64,000 nt of DNA from an uncultured Candidatus Saccharibacteria bacterium (GTDB lineage Bacteria > Patescibacteriota > Minisyncoccia > Phycocordibacterales > UBA2100). The notes below the pieces were generated by a model. It saw nothing but the letters and a program-made list of their open reading frames with translations. It did no database searches and had not been told where the DNA came from. The translations under genes were made by a program, and so were the position numbers. The DNA lies in the NCBI GenBank assembly GCA_964350885.1, contig CAYGKV010000005.1, forward strand, positions 1,305 through 65,304. The letters run 5' to 3'. Shown here piece by piece: positions 26,506 through 36,812 of the stretch. Position 1 is the stretch's first letter; each line of letters starts with the position of its first letter.

Positions 26506-27618
26506 ATGAAGATTCTTCTCACAACTGGCATTTTCTTCCCCGACGTGGGCGGGCCTGCTACCCATGTGCGCAAGATTGCCGAACACTTTGCATCCCTTGG
26601 CTGGGAGGTGACAGTGGTCGCCTTCGGCGACCACAAAGCCCTCGCCGAAAACTACCGCGTTATCCGCATCAGTCGAAAGTGGGGAAAGCTCATTTCGTGG
26701 AAGCTCTACGCGCTTGCCGTCGCTCGCGCGTCGCTGAGCGCCGACGTCATCTACGCCTTCGACCTCACGACCGCCGGCATCCCCAGCGCACTTTTCGCCA
26801 AGCTCCTCCGTAAGCCATTTATTCTGCGAATCGGTGGCGACCCTATCTGGGAGCGTATCGTCGAGGACGGAAAGCGATTCCTCCCCATGCGTGCCTACTA
26901 CGAGCAGGGACTATTCAAGCAGGATAAACCGACGCTCTACCGCGCTTTGCGTCGCGTCGTGCGCTCGGCAGATACGGTCGTGACGTATTGCGATTTCATC
27001 AGAGATATCTACGTGGAGTACTACGGTGTGGATGAGAAGAAAATGGTTCAGATTAAAAATCCGTTTCCCACAAAAGCTTCCGCAACTCTTGAGAGTGATA
27101 CGTTTACATTCCTCTTTGCAGGCCGTTTCGTTTCGTATAAGAATCTCCCGCTCATCCTCAAGGCATTCGGCAACATCGCCGCAAAGCATGCAGAAGCCCG
27201 TTTGGTACTCATCGGCGATGGGCCGGAAGAAGCGACACTCAAAAAGCAAGCGGAGGCACTGGGCGATAGGGTAGAGATAATTCCGAAGGTAGATCAGAAA
27301 ACTCTCTTCGCGCATATCAACGCCGCATCCGTGGCACTTGCACCCGCGCTCACCGAATTCAATCCCAATTTCATTCTCGAAGCGCTCGCACTCGGCAAAC
27401 CCGCCCTCATCAGCCGCGACAACGGCCTCTCGGCGAATCTCCCCGCCTCCATGCAATTCGATCCAATGGACGATGCTTCACTGCAAAGTGCCATGGAGCG
27501 CATCCTCAACCACGCGGATTACCAAACCGCCCTCCGCACCGTCGCCGAGCTGTCTATGGATCAAACCTGGGAAAAAGTCGTCGCCCAACACGCCGATATC
27601 GTCAAAAGATGTGCCTGA
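26506..27618 (+). CDS. glycosyltransferase family 4
   Basis: MKILLTTGIFFPDVGGPATHV..., C-terminal GT1 domain. Confidence 0.75.
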   Translation: MKILLTTGIFFPDVGGPATHVRKIAEHFASLGWEVTVVAFGDHKALAENYRVIRISRKWGKLISWKLYALAVARASLSADVIYAFDLTTAGIPSALFAKLLRKPFILRIGGDPIWERIVEDGKRFLPMRAYYEQGLFKQDKPTLYRALRRVVRSADTVVTYCDFIRDIYVEYYGVDEKKMVQIKNPFPTKASATLESDTFTFLFAGRFVSYKNLPLILKAFGNIAAKHAEARLVLIGDGPEEATLKKQAEALGDRVEIIPKVDQKTLFAHINAASVALAPALTEFNPNFILEALALGKPALISRDNGLSANLPASMQFDPMDDASLQSAMERILNHADYQTALRTVAELSMDQTWEKVVAQHADIVKRCA

Positions 27619-27710
27619 CATCTCTTTCTGTCTGATATGGGGTTTTTGGGCTTAAGCAGGCGCAGGCGGCCTCGTTTTGAAAAAGCTCGAAAAACCGCTA
27701 GAATGCGCGG

Positions 27711-29648
27711 ATGCGGGTACTGGTACTCTCCACGGATTGGAACGCTTTTAATGAGTCGAGCGCTGTTGCCAAGCGCCTGCGGATGCAGGCGCGGACGGTG
27801 GAGCGCATGGACGTTATTGTGCCCCACGGGCCCCTCCAGCTCGTCCAGATATCAGGCAACGCCTCGGTACGGGGATTTGGCATGGGGCGCGTCTTGGGCT
27901 CTCTACGCACCATTGCAGCAGGCTGGAGGCTCCAGAGGCCGGATGTGGTATCGGCGCAAGACCCATTCCTTACTGGCCTCATCGCATGGATTATTGCGTG
28001 GATGCGGGGCTCGAAGCTCCACTTGCAGGTGCATACCGACCTCTTCGACCCGTACTTTGGAGGACTTTCACTTGGCAATCGATTGAAAGTGCTGCTCGCG
28101 CGATTTTTGCTTTCGCGTGCGGATTCTGTGCGCGTCGTTTCTAAGCGCATTGCCGATTCCCTCGCGGCGCGCGGGATAAAAGCGCCTGTCACGGTGCTGC
28201 CGGTATTCGTCGATCTCGAAAACCTCAAGAAGGCCGAGCCGCTCGACAAGCGTGCGCGGTATCCGCATTTCAAGAAAATAGTGTTGGTCGTCGCACGACT
28301 GGAAAAAGAAAAGAACGTCGCAGCCTCTATCCGCGCGTTCGCAGAGATCGCAAAAGCTGATGCAGCGGCAGGGCTCGTCATCATCGGCAGTGGCTCGCAG
28401 CGTGTGTCGCTCGAGAATCTTGCGAAAGAGTTGGGTATTGAGAAAAAGGCAGTGTTCGAGGGTGCGCAGGACCCGTTTCCGTTTTACAAAGTCGCTGACC
28501 TGTTTATTTTGACCTCCTCATACGAAGGCTTTGGCGTTGTCTTGATAGAAGCGCTTGCAGCGGGTTGTCCCGCAGTTTCCTACGATGTCGGCATTGCGCG
28601 AGAAGCGGGAGCGATTATTGCAAAGCCAGAAGACTTGCCGCGCATCGCTATTGCAGTGCTTTCGGAAGGGAAGCGCGGCAAGCTCACACTCAATTTTCCC
28701 AATGAAGCCGAATACCGTGAGCTGTGGTTTGCCGACATATCGCTCTCAGCTTCGGGCATTGAAGCCCGTGCGGGCGAGAGAAAAAGCGAAGGGAAGCCGA
28801 CAGTAGGCTATGTGGGACAGGGATTTATCGGGAAAAATTATGCAGACGAGCTCGAAGGCCGCGGATTTCCTGTGGTTCGTTACTCGCTCGAAGAGCCGTA
28901 CCGCAACAATAAAGAGAAAATAAAAGACTGCGACATTGTGTTTATCGCCGTGCCCACGCCAACAACCCCCGTTGGATTCAGCAGTCATATCGTCGCGGAG
29001 GCGGTGAGCTTGGTCGGGGATGGGAAAGTTGCAGTCATCAAATCCACGATGCTTCCCGGCATGACGGAAAATATTCAGAAGCAGTATCCAAAGAAAATAG
29101 TGATGCACAGCCCCGAATTCTTGCGTGAGGCGACCGCGGCGTATGATGCCGCACATCCCGATCGCAACATCATCGGTATTTGCACCGACACGTCGGAGGT
29201 GCGCGCTCTCGCACAAAAAGTAATTTCTATCCTTCCGCCCGCGCCGTTTGAGCTCGTGTGCTCGGCGGTAGAGGCGGAATTCATCAAATATGCGGGCAAT
29301 AATTGGCTCTACATCAAAGTCGTCTACATCAACATTCTCTACGACCTCGTGCAAAAGCTCGGCGGCAATTACGAGCATGTGCGCGACGCCTTCGCGGCAG
29401 ACCCTCGCATGGGAAGGAGCCACCTCGACCCAATTCACCAAAGCGGACACGGAGGCCCTGCGGGGCGCGGAGCTGGCGGCCACTGCTTCATCAAAGATTT
29501 CGCAGCATTTCGCCAGATGTATGAAAATGTTTTTCCTGAAGACAAGCAGGGCATTGAGGCGCTGAAGGGGATGGAGCAGAAAAACGTGAAGCTTTTGCGA
29601 GACACACACAAAGATCTTGACTTACTTGAGGGAGTGTACGGAAAATAA
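27711..29648 (+). CDS. fusion protein: N-terminal GT4 glycosyltransferase + C-terminal UDP-glucose/GDP-mannose 6-dehydrogenase-like (NAD-binding + central domains)
   Basis: Residues 1-330 resemble GT4 (SSYEGFGVVLIEALAAGCPAV). Residues ~355-645 carry VGYVGQGFIGKNYA (NAD-binding), DIVFIAVPTPT, EFIKYAGNNWLYIKVVYINILYDL and GGHCFIKD (the UGDH catalytic Cys). Confidence 0.6.
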   Translation: MRVLVLSTDWNAFNESSAVAKRLRMQARTVERMDVIVPHGPLQLVQISGNASVRGFGMGRVLGSLRTIAAGWRLQRPDVVSAQDPFLTGLIAWIIAWMRGSKLHLQVHTDLFDPYFGGLSLGNRLKVLLARFLLSRADSVRVVSKRIADSLAARGIKAPVTVLPVFVDLENLKKAEPLDKRARYPHFKKIVLVVARLEKEKNVAASIRAFAEIAKADAAAGLVIIGSGSQRVSLENLAKELGIEKKAVFEGAQDPFPFYKVADLFILTSSYEGFGVVLIEALAAGCPAVSYDVGIAREAGAIIAKPEDLPRIAIAVLSEGKRGKLTLNFPNEAEYRELWFADISLSASGIEARAGERKSEGKPTVGYVGQGFIGKNYADELEGRGFPVVRYSLEEPYRNNKEKIKDCDIVFIAVPTPTTPVGFSSHIVAEAVSLVGDGKVAVIKSTMLPGMTENIQKQYPKKIVMHSPEFLREATAAYDAAHPDRNIIGICTDTSEVRALAQKVISILPPAPFELVCSAVEAEFIKYAGNNWLYIKVVYINILYDLVQKLGGNYEHVRDAFAADPRMGRSHLDPIHQSGHGGPAGRGAGGHCFIKDFAAFRQMYENVFPEDKQGIEALKGMEQKNVKLLRDTHKDLDLLEGVYGK

Positions 29649-29654
29649 TACGTC

Positions 29655-30698
29655 ATGAAGTTGCTCATCACGACACAGATTGTCGATCGCACGGACCCAT
29701 TCTTGGGATTTTTCCACGGCTGGATAGCAGAGCTCGCGAAGCATTTCGAACATGTTGAAGTCATTTGTCTGCGCGAGGGGAAGCATGAGCTCCCCGCGAA
29801 CGTGCGCGTGCATTCGCTTGGGAAGGAGAAGGGTGCGCGTTCGCGCATCGCGTATGCAGTGCGATTTTTGACGCTCGTGTGGAAATTGCGCGGTTCCTAC
29901 GGCGCGGTCTTTGTGCACATGAATCAGGAATACATACTGCTCGCGGGCTGGCTCTGGAGGCTGCTTCGCAAGCCGATTCACCTGTGGCGCAATCACTACG
30001 CGGGAGGATTTCTCACGGATGTCGCGGCGATGTTCGCCCGAAAAGTATTTTGCACATCACGATACTCATACACCGCAAAGTACTCGAAGACCGTGATAAT
30101 GCCCGTTGGCGTAGATGCGGAATTATTCGCACCGAGCGCCTCAACGCGCGCTCCACGCTCTATACTTTTCTTTAGTCGGTTTGCTCCTGCAAAAAAACCG
30201 GACGTGCTCCTCGAGGCACTCGCAATTCTTTCGAAAGAGGGAATTCAATTTGAGGCGTCATTTTATGGCACCGCGCTTCCTTCTGACGCGTCGTATCGTG
30301 ATGAAGTAATTGCTCACGCGCGCAAGCTCGGGCTCTCTGACACGGTAAAATTTCACCTCGGGGTACCGCATAGCGAGGCGCCGGCGATATTCAACAAGCA
30401 CGAAATATTCGTGAATCTTGCGTCGAGTGGCACGTACGATAAGACGATGTTTGAAGCCGCCGCATGCGGCTGTCTCGTCGTCGCAGCGAGCAAAGATTTC
30501 GCGGCAATCGTGGGCGAGCACTTCCTTGTAAAAGATGGCCACGCAAAGGACGTGGCAGACAAGCTTCGTGAGCTCCTCGCGCTTTCTCTGGAAGAACGTT
30601 CGCCCCTTGCTTCAGAGCTTCGCGAGACCGTTCTCCGAGGACACAGCCTACCGTTTCTTGCGCAGCGTATAATGGCAGAAATATCTGGAAAAGAATGA
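29655..30698 (+). CDS. glycosyltransferase family 4
   Basis: C-terminal Glycos_transf_1-like region (EIFVNLASSGTYDKTMFEAAACGCLVVAA). Confidence 0.7.
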   Translation: MKLLITTQIVDRTDPFLGFFHGWIAELAKHFEHVEVICLREGKHELPANVRVHSLGKEKGARSRIAYAVRFLTLVWKLRGSYGAVFVHMNQEYILLAGWLWRLLRKPIHLWRNHYAGGFLTDVAAMFARKVFCTSRYSYTAKYSKTVIMPVGVDAELFAPSASTRAPRSILFFSRFAPAKKPDVLLEALAILSKEGIQFEASFYGTALPSDASYRDEVIAHARKLGLSDTVKFHLGVPHSEAPAIFNKHEIFVNLASSGTYDKTMFEAAACGCLVVAASKDFAAIVGEHFLVKDGHAKDVADKLRELLALSLEERSPLASELRETVLRGHSLPFLAQRIMAEISGKE

Positions 30699-33451
30699 TT
30701 GCTATGAGATTCTGCTATTTTGGTATTTATGATCCTGAGTTTTCACGCAACCGGATCTATATGCGTGCGCTTCGCAATGCGGGTCACGAAATCGTCGAAT
30801 GTAGGGACAACTCTCGAGGAATACTCAAGTACATTCGGTTGGTGCAGCGTCTTCGCGCGCTGGAAGGCACCTACGACGTCATTATTGTCGGGTACCCGGG
30901 GCACATCGTCGTACCTCTTGCGCAACTCTTTGGTGCGGCTCCCGTTGTGTCCGATCTTCTAGGCTCTCTTGCGGACGCTGCGGAGCATACATACGATTCC
31001 GGATTTTTTGTTCGGAAATGGTACTCATGGGTGGACCGTCTTGCAATTGCGAGCTCGGATGCCATTCTCGTCGACAGTGAATTGCAGAAGGAGTACATGC
31101 AGCGTCGATATGGTAGCGGAAAGAAGTATCGAGTTGTCTACACCGGAGCGGACGAAGAAGTATTCGGACCGCGCGGAGAGCGAGATGTCACACACGCTGA
31201 GTCCTTTGTGGTGTTGTTCCGAGGCAGGCTTATTCCCCAGTCGGGCATCATGCACATACTGGACGCCGCAGAACGTTTACAAAACGACACCCGTTTCGCA
31301 TTTCGGATTATTGGGTATGGCCCAATGCTTGAGGTTGTGCGTGAGCGCGCACGCGGATTGTCGAACGTAGAACTTATCAGCGAGCACATTTCTTTTGAGA
31401 GAATGCGCCGTTTGATGCTTGATGCGGACGTCAGCCTCGGTCAGTTTGGGGACAACGATCGCTCGGATCGCAACATACCGCACAAAGCATACGAATCGAT
31501 CTCCATGGGTATTCCGTATCTCACATCTCGAGTTCCTGGGATATCTGAACTTCTCGAGGATGAGGTGTCGTGTCTTATGGTGCCGCTCGAGAACGCCGAA
31601 GCAATCAAGACCGCTATCGAGCGGCTGAGAGACGATCGCTCTCTTGGAGAGCGGCTTAGAGAGGTGGCGCGGGCAGTGTACGAATCACGCGCGTCGGCTC
31701 GTGTTATTTCTTCAGCAATAACCGAGATTTCCGTCTCGTGCATCGAAGCAAAGAAAAAACTGACCACACGAAGCTCAGGGTGGACTTGGAAGCGTGAGGT
31801 GGTGGTCGTACTTGTCATACTTCTCGCATTCATTGCGATACGCGTGCCGGGGCTCTCACTCCCATACCACCAAGATGAGTGGAAGATGGGAGAGATTATG
31901 CGCTCGCACATTGTGGGCGGTCTTGCCGCGCATCCGCCGTTGAGCGAACTGACATATCGATGGACAGCCAGCATCGTGGGCGCAGATCACATGCGCGTTA
32001 CCCCACTCCTCTTTGGAGCCGTGTCCCTACTTCTCTTATACGCAGTTGTACGTCGCAGAGCAGGCGAGATGGCCGCGCTCATCGCCGCGGGGCTCTATAC
32101 GCTTTCTACTTACAGCGTTTTTTCGTCTCTCATGATAGATGTCGATGGCGCACTCTTGGCCACCATCCTGCTTTTCGCCATCTATACGTATGATAGGTTC
32201 CTTTCGAGCGTATCTTTTCGCGCATCTGTGAGCTGGCTTGTACTCGCCGCTTCTGCCTGTATCGTGGGACTCCTCACCAAGCTGAGCGCCATTCTTATCG
32301 TAGGCGCCCTCCTCTCTGATTATCTGTGGGAAAAGCGCGGTCACATCACACCGCGCATGCTTTGGTACGGATTTCTTGGTATGGCTGGAGCGATCACACT
32401 TTCGGTGCTCGGCGTTTTCCTTCTGCGCGCAGTGGTGCCAGGGTTTGATTTGCAGGAGATCATCACTCATATTCTGTATTACGTCAATTTTGCACATCGT
32501 GGATATTTCCAAACAGCAATTCAGGCATCCAAGGCTGTGATGTATCTCTCGCCGCTTCTCGTCGTCCCGCTCCTTCTTTTGGATTCTGCCGTGTTCGCGC
32601 GGACGCGCGTCTTTTTCGTATACCTTGGACTCGCGTTCGTATTCTTTTTCGTCATTTTCGATTTCTCGCACGGCGCACTCGACAAATATCTACTTCTCAC
32701 GGTAGCTCCGCTCTCCGGAATTGCGGGCGCAATACTCGCGTCCCGCATCTCAGGGCTCACAAAACGGGACATGTATCTTGGCGCTATGCTGGGAGCGCCG
32801 CTTGCTATCATCCTCTTCGCGCTCAATTTCCTCCCGCACGACGTTGTTCCGCTGCACCCGAAGGGGGCATGGGTCGGAAGGGTGCTCTCCGGTGACTGGC
32901 GTATACTCTTTCCCTTTACGGGCGGCAACGGACCCATCGGTGTGTACCTCTCCGTTCTCTTTATCGGTGCGAGCTTCATCGTGTGTGCGGTTCTCGCCGC
33001 TCTTGCGCGGTGGGGTTTTCTATCGCGCGCGTATCTCGTGGCTCTCATTGTTGTCGGCGGTGTTTATATGGGCACCTTTACTGGAGAGTTCCTTTCTGGG
33101 CGCATCAACGGTAGCGCCCCCTCCGTACTCCGCGAAAGCGTGGCATTCATCGCCACCTCCCCTTCTATCAAGAGTATTATCACGCATAATGACACCGGCG
33201 CATACGAGCTGATAGGGATGGGGAAATACGCAGGAAGGTTTTACGCAGTGCCCGAGTATGAGACAGGGCACCAAAAGCGATTTAAGGAACACGATGGTTA
33301 CTACCTGGTAGTGAACGTGCCACTTCTCGATCCAGATGGTTTCTACGCGAAGTATTTTGCTACATGTGAATCTGTATTTCATGTCGTCTCGGGCCGCATT
33401 CGGTCCGACGTGTACGACTGTGCGAAGCGCGATCCGTACGCTATAAAGTAA
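30695..33451 (+). CDS. fusion protein: N-terminal GT4-like glycosyltransferase (~370 aa) + C-terminal polytopic membrane domain (>=12 TM; ArnT/PMT/GT39-like)
   Basis: GT1-like motifs (E..SMGIPYLTSRVPGISE), followed by ~550 aa of alternating hydrophobic helices. Confidence 0.55.
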   Translation: MIAMRFCYFGIYDPEFSRNRIYMRALRNAGHEIVECRDNSRGILKYIRLVQRLRALEGTYDVIIVGYPGHIVVPLAQLFGAAPVVSDLLGSLADAAEHTYDSGFFVRKWYSWVDRLAIASSDAILVDSELQKEYMQRRYGSGKKYRVVYTGADEEVFGPRGERDVTHAESFVVLFRGRLIPQSGIMHILDAAERLQNDTRFAFRIIGYGPMLEVVRERARGLSNVELISEHISFERMRRLMLDADVSLGQFGDNDRSDRNIPHKAYESISMGIPYLTSRVPGISELLEDEVSCLMVPLENAEAIKTAIERLRDDRSLGERLREVARAVYESRASARVISSAITEISVSCIEAKKKLTTRSSGWTWKREVVVVLVILLAFIAIRVPGLSLPYHQDEWKMGEIMRSHIVGGLAAHPPLSELTYRWTASIVGADHMRVTPLLFGAVSLLLLYAVVRRRAGEMAALIAAGLYTLSTYSVFSSLMIDVDGALLATILLFAIYTYDRFLSSVSFRASVSWLVLAASACIVGLLTKLSAILIVGALLSDYLWEKRGHITPRMLWYGFLGMAGAITLSVLGVFLLRAVVPGFDLQEIITHILYYVNFAHRGYFQTAIQASKAVMYLSPLLVVPLLLLDSAVFARTRVFFVYLGLAFVFFFVIFDFSHGALDKYLLLTVAPLSGIAGAILASRISGLTKRDMYLGAMLGAPLAIILFALNFLPHDVVPLHPKGAWVGRVLSGDWRILFPFTGGNGPIGVYLSVLFIGASFIVCAVLAALARWGFLSRAYLVALIVVGGVYMGTFTGEFLSGRINGSAPSVLRESVAFIATSPSIKSIITHNDTGAYELIGMGKYAGRFYAVPEYETGHQKRFKEHDGYYLVVNVPLLDPDGFYAKYFATCESVFHVVSGRIRSDVYDCAKRDPYAIK

Positions 33452-33455
33452 GCAT

Positions 33456-34865
33456 ATGCATTTCGACAACGAGACATTGCGATACTTTGACAAGAATGCA
33501 CACGCCAGGTCGGATTGGAGGCGACGAAACTCTTTTTACTACAACGATGTAGAATCTTTCCTGACCTTTCTAATTCCGCGTGGTGCGACCGTGCTGCACG
33601 CGGGCGCCGATTCAGCGGCGCTGCTCCAGAAGCTTGCGCCGAGAAATGGTGTCGGCATTCATCCAAGTGCGCCGACCATAGCGCACATCCAGTACACTGA
33701 TAAAGCAGTATCCTACGTACAATGTGAGCTTGCCGACATATCTGACACATTTGAGTTCATCGTATTTTCGGACATCTTGGGGCATGTACATGATGTCGAG
33801 GCGGTGCTGAGGGAGGCGTCCGATCGCACATTCTGGAATGGTCGGATCGTCATAACACAATACAGCGCTCTTTGGGAGCCGATTCTTGATTTCGCATCAA
33901 CAATAGGTCTCCGCATGCCGAGGGTGGTGCAAAGCTGGCTCTCGGGTGGGGACCTTGAGAATTTTGCTCGACTCGCTGGCCTCGAAGTGGTACGGCGTGG
34001 TACACGCGTGCTCGTGCCGTTCTACATCCCGCTGGTGAGCACGTTTTTCAACAAGTATCTCGGTAACATCTTTCCGTTCACGCGACTCGGTCTCTACCAC
34101 TACCTCGTGCTTCGCAAACAGAATGCTCGAACGCTCATCGAGAAACCGACGCTCTCTATCGTCGTGCCAGCTCGCAACGAAGCCGGGATGATAGACACAA
34201 TCCTCCGTGATCTTACGGCGCTCGATTGCATGACCGAGCTTATTTTCGTCGAAGGACATTCGAGCGACAAGACGTATGAATCGATTGAGCGCGCTGTGTC
34301 GAGCTACAAGGGTAATAAAAAGATCCTCTACACGAAGCAGAGCGGAAGGGGGAAAGGAGACGCCGTGCGGAAAGGGTTTGATATGGCGACAAGCGATATC
34401 ATCACGATCTTTGATGCAGATATGACCGTACCTGCCGCCGATATCCCGAAATTTTATCGCGCAATCGTAGAGAATAGGGGCGATTTCATCAATGGGTCTC
34501 GCCTTGTGTATCCACTCGAGAAACAATCGATGCGTTTTTTGAATTTCCTCGGCAATAAATTCTTCAGCATGGCCTTTAGCTGGCTCTTGAATACGAGAGT
34601 TAAAGATACTTTGTGTGGTACAAAAATGCTTTGGAAAGACGATTATAAGGCTATTCAGGCGGGGAGGAACTTCTTCGGCGACTTTGATCCGTTTGGAGAT
34701 TTCGACCTGCTCTTCGGCGCTTCAAAGTTAAACAGAAAAATCATCGACCTCCCTGTCCACTACGGCGAACGTACCTATGGGACGACCAATATCCAGAGGT
34801 GGAGGCACGGATGGTTGCTTCTCAAAATGGTAGTCTTCGCTATGCGAAAGATTAAATTCATATGA
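33456..34865 (+). CDS. fusion protein: degenerate class-I methyltransferase-like domain + GT2 glycosyltransferase (DPM1/GtrB-like)
   Basis: The N-terminal ~230 aa are paralogous to the downstream methyltransferase (ALWEPILDFASTIGLRMP vs PLWEPVLMLAEKLHMKMP), but the SAM motif is HAGADSAA instead of GCGTGD. The C-terminal part (LSIVVPARNEAG...IFDADMTVP...) is GT2. Confidence 0.6.
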   Translation: MHFDNETLRYFDKNAHARSDWRRRNSFYYNDVESFLTFLIPRGATVLHAGADSAALLQKLAPRNGVGIHPSAPTIAHIQYTDKAVSYVQCELADISDTFEFIVFSDILGHVHDVEAVLREASDRTFWNGRIVITQYSALWEPILDFASTIGLRMPRVVQSWLSGGDLENFARLAGLEVVRRGTRVLVPFYIPLVSTFFNKYLGNIFPFTRLGLYHYLVLRKQNARTLIEKPTLSIVVPARNEAGMIDTILRDLTALDCMTELIFVEGHSSDKTYESIERAVSSYKGNKKILYTKQSGRGKGDAVRKGFDMATSDIITIFDADMTVPAADIPKFYRAIVENRGDFINGSRLVYPLEKQSMRFLNFLGNKFFSMAFSWLLNTRVKDTLCGTKMLWKDDYKAIQAGRNFFGDFDPFGDFDLLFGASKLNRKIIDLPVHYGERTYGTTNIQRWRHGWLLLKMVVFAMRKIKFI

Positions 34866-35530
34866 CCTATTCGGAAGGGCATTTCGATGCCATTGCACAC
34901 GACTACGACTATTGGAAGAAAAAGAACGCGTACTATCACGAGAACCTAAAAGCTTTGTATGAAGCATACATCCCGAAAGGTGAGCGCATTTTGGAGATAG
35001 GTTGCGGTACGGGAGACATTCTCGCTCGCCTCGAGCCGAGAGAAGGAAGGGGTGTTGATGTGAGCGAGGAGATGGTAGAGATCGCACGGCGTAAGTATGC
35101 GGGCAAGTCGAATCTTCAATTCGAACGTGAAGATATTTTTGAAAATGCGAAGATGTTCGGATACCCGTACATTTTTCTTGCGGACGTGTTGGAGCATGTC
35201 GGAAATCTTGAGAAATTTATGCGACAACTTGCCGCTCGCACGGATTCTGGTAGTACAGTTGTAATTTCCGTCGCTAACCCGCTATGGGAGCCGGTCTTGA
35301 TGCTTGCCGAGAAGCTACATATGAAAATGCCCGAAGGTCCGCATACTCGCGATTCAATACAGGAAACAGAGCGTATATTTCGTTCGTATGGGTTTACGAT
35401 TGCTGAACGTGGGTACCGGCTATTTATTCCCAAAAAGATCCCTGGAGCTAATTGGATAAATGCCCGTTTCCATAACTTTCCATTGCTTGCCCCCCTTGGT
35501 TTTGTGGTATTTTGGGTACTCAGGCGATAG
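34862..35530 (+). CDS. class I SAM-dependent methyltransferase
   Basis: RILEIGCGTGDILARL (motif I) ... FLADVLEHV. Confidence 0.75.
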   Translation: MTYSEGHFDAIAHDYDYWKKKNAYYHENLKALYEAYIPKGERILEIGCGTGDILARLEPREGRGVDVSEEMVEIARRKYAGKSNLQFEREDIFENAKMFGYPYIFLADVLEHVGNLEKFMRQLAARTDSGSTVVISVANPLWEPVLMLAEKLHMKMPEGPHTRDSIQETERIFRSYGFTIAERGYRLFIPKKIPGANWINARFHNFPLLAPLGFVVFWVLRR

Positions 35531-35589
35531 GGCGAAGTATTTATTGAATCCTTGTTCAAAGTCTATCTCTCGGATACTATCCACTGGTT

Positions 35590-36804
35590 ATGAAAAAAGA
35601 AAATCTAGGCGTCGGATGTTTCGAGCCGACAAAGAAAGCCGAGCAGTACGTCCTTAAAGTACTTCGAAGCGGACGGCTCACATACGGGCCGTTCATACAG
35701 CGTTTCGAACGGGAGTTCGCCAGAGCGCATGATTCAAAGTACGCGGTGATGGTCAACAGTGGCACGTCCGCGCTCCGCATCGCATTCGCGTGCCTCAAGG
35801 AGGTCGAAAAGTGGAAAGACGGCGACGAGGTTCTGGTTCCATCGATTACCTTCGTCGCGACGGTAAACACGATAATCAGCAATGGACTCAAGCCCGTGTT
35901 CGTCGATGTCGACCCTCTCACATACAACATCGACCCCAAAGAAATCGAAGCAAAGATTACGAAGAGAACACGAGCCATCGTTCCCGTACACCTGATGGGC
36001 CTCCCATGCGAGATGGGGCCGATCATGAAGATCGTAAAGAAGCACAAACTAAAAGTCGTCGAGGATTCGTGCGAGACGATGTTCACCAATTATCGAGGGA
36101 AAGTCGTGGGGAGCTTTGGAGATATCTCGTGCTTTTCGACGTATGTCGCGCATCTCATCATCACCGGTGTCGGAGGGCTCGCGGTAACGAGTAATCCGAA
36201 GTATGCAGAGGTTTTGCGTAGTCTTGCCAATCACGGTCGCGACAACATTTACATCAGTATCGATGACGACAAAAATACAAAAGGCAAGCTCTTCAGGCAG
36301 ATCATTGCGCGCCGTTTTCGATTTATACGTCCGGGGTACAGTTTTCGCGTGACGGAATTCGAGGGGGCTCTCGGTTGCGCGGCGCTGGAAGTGGCGCCGG
36401 ATATGATGAAAATCCGTAAGCGCAATGGCACCTACCTTACAAGCCGGCTCAAGTCGCTCGAAAAATATATACAACTTCCATCCTATCCGAAACACTCCGG
36501 GCACGCGTTCATGATGTACCCGATCGTCGTGAAAGCGCGTTGTGGTATCGACAAGCAAGACCTCGTGAATCACTTAGAGGGGAAGGGGATCGAGACACGT
36601 GACCTCATGCCGCTCATCAATCAGCCGTACCTGAAGAAGATGTACGGTATCAAAGAGAGTGATTATCCTATGGCGAAGTGGATAAACGGCAACGGCTTTT
36701 ACATCGGCTGTCATCAAAAAATGGGTACACGCGAACTCGACTTTATCGCTGGTACATTCAGTAGCTACATCGCGAAGGCTGTGGGTAATAAGAAGCGCAC
36801 ATAG
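35590..36804 (+). CDS. DegT/DnrJ/EryC1/StrS-family PLP-dependent sugar aminotransferase
   Basis: FEREFA...AVMVNSGTSALRIAF...PSITFVATVN and the catalytic-Lys region FSTYVAHLIITG fit the family. Confidence 0.75.
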   Translation: MKKENLGVGCFEPTKKAEQYVLKVLRSGRLTYGPFIQRFEREFARAHDSKYAVMVNSGTSALRIAFACLKEVEKWKDGDEVLVPSITFVATVNTIISNGLKPVFVDVDPLTYNIDPKEIEAKITKRTRAIVPVHLMGLPCEMGPIMKIVKKHKLKVVEDSCETMFTNYRGKVVGSFGDISCFSTYVAHLIITGVGGLAVTSNPKYAEVLRSLANHGRDNIYISIDDDKNTKGKLFRQIIARRFRFIRPGYSFRVTEFEGALGCAALEVAPDMMKIRKRNGTYLTSRLKSLEKYIQLPSYPKHSGHAFMMYPIVVKARCGIDKQDLVNHLEGKGIETRDLMPLINQPYLKKMYGIKESDYPMAKWINGNGFYIGCHQKMGTRELDFIAGTFSSYIAKAVGNKKRT

Positions 36805-36812
36805 CGACACAT

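Noticed and set aside
28746-29609. 287-aa minus-strand ORF inside the GT4-UGDH fusion gene
   Set aside because: Antisense to a frame carrying clear UGDH motifs (GGHCFIKD). No domain signature of its own.
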